Assembly (NCBI GenBank): GCA_964430885.1
Contig: CAYSHM010000002.1
Location: 176,111-240,110 of the forward strand
Length of the DNA: 64,000 nt
Reading direction: 5' to 3'
Source of the DNA: an uncultured archaeon
GTDB lineage: Archaea; Thermoplasmatota; Penumbrarchaeia; JASLWR01
Made by a program: the position numbers and the translations under genes. Positions 60,972-64,000 of the stretch are shown piece after piece; positions within the stretch are counted from its first letter, which is position 1, and the number at the start of each line of letters is the position of its first letter. The notes under the pieces were generated by a model, which did no database searches, had not been told where the DNA came from, and saw only the letters and a program-made list of their open reading frames with translations.

Positions 60972-63900
60972 ATGAAAGATGCCTTTAGATATTTGCCAGT
61001 ATTCATTATTTTTCTGTCCTTTCTATGCACCGATTGCTCTCTTTTGCTTTTTGATTCTTCGGAGGATCATATCGCAGATTGCAGTTACATGGAAAAAACA
61101 ATTGATACGGAAGGTGCCAGAGCTCTTGATTGGTGCCAATGGATAGACGGAGCCCACGGCATAAGTATTGACGGCTCGGCATCGGATTGGGGCTACTACA
61201 CCTCTCACAACATCAGCAGCGGCAACAACAATGTTCACTTATATCTGGCAAATGATGCGAATTATCTCTATCTATGTGCAGATGCAAGATCGGATACTAC
61301 GGATAATTCACAACTAACAGATATGTTCAGAGGCTTTATAGACGGTAATAATGATGATGATACCGAATTCTGGATATCCAATTCCGAGGCAAATCTGAAC
61401 ACAAGGGACAGCTGGTTCACTCTCAATGGGGATCCTAACCAGCAGAGCAATGCTGAGGATGCCTACAACGACGCTGGTTTAATAAATAAGGATGATCAAG
61501 GGTCAATAGTACTTTGGTATAATCAGCAGTTATGGATAGATGACTGGAACTATCAGTGGTCATCTGGATTCAGCGGAGATCCGGCCCATATGGTTTACGA
61601 GATGCGAATTCCTTTCAGTCAATGGTCCTGGAATCCCGGAAACCAGATAGGAATGGCCTTTGAGGTCACCAAGGCTTCAGGAGGCAACCCGAACATTATT
61701 GGAAAATATCCTGGCGGTTTTACACTTCAGAACATCGGGGGCTGGAAGGACATTTACCTCGGAACCCAGAATGATCATCCGGTTTACTCTAATCCCGACG
61801 CTACCCCTTCCAGTATATACAACGATGATGTAAATGAAACCCTTTTCACAGTAGAAGCTACAGATCCCGATGATGAAATAGATAGAGTGATCATGGATCT
61901 AAATCAGATAGCTGGTGGCAGTGAAGTGGAGATGCTGGATGACGGCACCAATGGAGATGCGGTCAGCGGCGATGATGTATATTCATACAAGACCACCATA
62001 CCTACCTCGGTCAGCCCTGGATTATACCAGCTGCCCTTCTGGGTCTATGACACACACAATCCCAATCAGGGGGTAACCCACGGAGACATTGACCTTAACG
62101 TAAACCAGGCGAATCGGCCGCCGACGATAATTCAGAATCCGGTCAATAGAATAGTTTTTCAGGAAGATTCCGGTGAAGGATATATCGAGATGGACCAAAT
62201 ATTTTCAGACCCGGATGACGGTGATGTACTAACATATGAGATAAAGCTGGATGGAGACTGGGACTCCCAGTTGACCAGTTCCCTTTGCGAATATAGGCTC
62301 CTTTACAACGCCTCCCTGAAGATACTGCCTATCGAGGATATGTTCGGCAATGAAAACCTGTTAATCAAGGCCAAGGATTCATCGGGTATTTCCGTGGATT
62401 CGGCTCATTTGATCAATGTTGTGATTCAGCCGGCGAATGATGATCCCGTTTTCATTGAAGTGAATGGAACAGACATTGTAGAAGGGTCGGTGGATCTAAT
62501 GGCGTACGAGGACAAATGGTCCGAGTTCAATTTCCTAGTGGATGATGTGGACGGGGATCAGTTGGAATTTGACATGAATATTACAGAATCAATAGATTTC
62601 CTGAGAAAGAACAGCGATTTCGTTTTTTTTGAGAACAATGGGACTCTGAAGATTAATCCGAAAAACTACCATGTCGGGTCCTATGTCATTGGCCTTGATG
62701 TTGAGGACAGTAATGGCGGATTTGATTATTTGGATATCAATCTTCAGATTGATAATTACAACGATGCTCCCACATTGGAGGAGATCCCTACCCTCCGGGT
62801 TACACAGGATGAAGAAATAGTCATTGAACCCGAGGCTTATGATGATGATATTATACACGGTGATTGGCTGAAATTCTCCACCAACTTCTCCGATGAAGCC
62901 AAAGGTCTATTGAACCTGGATAATTATAACTTCGACGAGGATACCGGGGAAATATCCTTTGTACCTGATAAATACATGGTCAGGGAATATTATACCTATA
63001 TTGCGGTCGAGGATAGTAAAAATGCAAGGTCTCAGCAGAATTTTAAAATAGTTGTTGTGAACAAGAATGACGCCCCTGATACGCCCGATTTCATCTATTC
63101 AGGCGGAGACACCGATAGAAATGTCTCGTTCTATGCGAAAGATATTTCCGATCCCGATGGGGAGACCCTGTGGCTGGATTGGGATTTCGGTGATGGTTCT
63201 TCCGGGCAATCCGGCTACGGGCTTACCGAGATTACTCACGAATATCCCGGAAAGGGCGGTTATACAGTCAAGTTAACTGTAATTGATAATGAGGGATTGA
63301 GTTCTATAGTACAATATGATGTATTAGTGAGCGTGGAAGACCCTGATGATCCGGTAGATGATATAGAATATTCCTTTTCGGGTGAGGTCAAACCAAAAAC
63401 AGGTTCATTCACTCAACCTGTTGAGATCAGCATAAACCGAGTGGGTGCCCAGGGCAGCGTTACTCCAATAGAAATAAGAACCAGCTCCATGGGCGCATTT
63501 GATCAGGATCTGCGGCCGGGCAAGTATAATGTAGAGTTCTCTACAAAGGGATTTAAAAATGCATCGATTGCAATAACTATAGTGGACGATGACATAACCC
63601 AGGACATAAAATTGGATCCCCTGGCTGTTGTGTCTGACGATCCTGAAGAGACGGATGGCTCATCACCATTTTCATTGAACAAACCATTCATTTGGATAGT
63701 ATTGGCTCTGGTCATACTGGCACTGCTTATTGTTTTCATGCTGGTCCTTATAAACCGCAAGAAAAAGAAGGACGAGGAAAGATCTGCGGCCCCTCATCAT
63801 TTACCCAAAAAAGCCGCACCACCTCCGCAATATCCACCTGATCAGAGTATGCATCAACATTCTGTTCAGCATTCATCAGCCCCCGGTGCTTACAATGTTC

Positions 63901-64000
63901 CAGAAGGGAAATATCCTGCAGAGATGAGGGAGGGCCCGGCCCCCCCCCCCCCACCAACAACAAAGAAAAAAAAAAAAAAAAAAAAAAAAACACAAAAAAT
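60972..64000 (+). CDS. Large single-pass surface protein (CBM9/DOMON-like, Ig/cadherin-like, PKD, TM, Pro-rich tail); 3' end truncated
   Basis: Not in the ORF track. ATG 60972 after AGGTGG gives MKDAFRYLPVFIIFLSFL; ISIDGSASDW...LYLANDANYLYL; MLDDGTNGDAVSGDDVYS; WDFGDG; TM FIWIVLALVILALLIVFMLVLI-NRKKKK in the same frame. Confidence 0.85.
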   Translation, partial: MKDAFRYLPVFIIFLSFLCTDCSLLLFDSSEDHIADCSYMEKTIDTEGARALDWCQWIDGAHGISIDGSASDWGYYTSHNISSGNNNVHLYLANDANYLYLCADARSDTTDNSQLTDMFRGFIDGNNDDDTEFWISNSEANLNTRDSWFTLNGDPNQQSNAEDAYNDAGLINKDDQGSIVLWYNQQLWIDDWNYQWSSGFSGDPAHMVYEMRIPFSQWSWNPGNQIGMAFEVTKASGGNPNIIGKYPGGFTLQNIGGWKDIYLGTQNDHPVYSNPDATPSSIYNDDVNETLFTVEATDPDDEIDRVIMDLNQIAGGSEVEMLDDGTNGDAVSGDDVYSYKTTIPTSVSPGLYQLPFWVYDTHNPNQGVTHGDIDLNVNQANRPPTIIQNPVNRIVFQEDSGEGYIEMDQIFSDPDDGDVLTYEIKLDGDWDSQLTSSLCEYRLLYNASLKILPIEDMFGNENLLIKAKDSSGISVDSAHLINVVIQPANDDPVFIEVNGTDIVEGSVDLMAYEDKWSEFNFLVDDVDGDQLEFDMNITESIDFLRKNSDFVFFENNGTLKINPKNYHVGSYVIGLDVEDSNGGFDYLDINLQIDNYNDAPTLEEIPTLRVTQDEEIVIEPEAYDDDIIHGDWLKFSTNFSDEAKGLLNLDNYNFDEDTGEISFVPDKYMVREYYTYIAVEDSKNARSQQNFKIVVVNKNDAPDTPDFIYSGGDTDRNVSFYAKDISDPDGETLWLDWDFGDGSSGQSGYGLTEITHEYPGKGGYTVKLTVIDNEGLSSIVQYDVLVSVEDPDDPVDDIEYSFSGEVKPKTGSFTQPVEISINRVGAQGSVTPIEIRTSSMGAFDQDLRPGKYNVEFSTKGFKNASIAITIVDDDITQDIKLDPLAVVSDDPEETDGSSPFSLNKPFIWIVLALVILALLIVFMLVLINRKKKKDEERSAAPHHLPKKAAPPPQYPPDQSMHQHSVQHSSAPGAYNVPEGKYPAEMREGPAPPPPPTTKKKKKKKKKTQK

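Noticed and set aside
63925-64000. Poly-C and poly-A runs at the window end, and the 81-aa poly-Phe ORF
   Set aside because: Looks like low-quality contig-end sequence rather than a biological repeat.

Overview
Archaeal genomic DNA, most likely Thermoplasmatota (inferred from a stand-alone 16S rRNA gene, a gingipain-family protease and many single-pass surface proteins). Core content: the rpl3-to-rpl30 ribosomal protein cluster (including an rps14 missed by the ORF track), ftsZ, an Sm-like gene, trkA/trkA/trkH, nrdD/nrdG, trmJ, nadE, psd and an unlinked 16S rRNA gene with a flanking processing stem. Two very large surface-protein ORFs run off the window edges and are absent from the ORF track. 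The strongest candidates for new biology are three. (1) A tightly coupled 4-gene operon at 13.7-18.5 kb: two zinc-ribbon/TM/OB-fold proteins, a TctA/DUF112-type permease and a YdjM-type membrane metallohydrolase, followed by a surface-anchored phospholipase D-family enzyme; this may be a nucleic-acid capture/uptake system. (2) A nucleoside salvage island at 44-51 kb with three PfkB kinases (one lacking the catalytic Asp) and an apparently extracellular amidohydrolase. (3) A roughly 300-nt structured leader containing a C/D-type K-turn upstream of rpl3. All family assignments are by-eye motif recognition; no searches were run.
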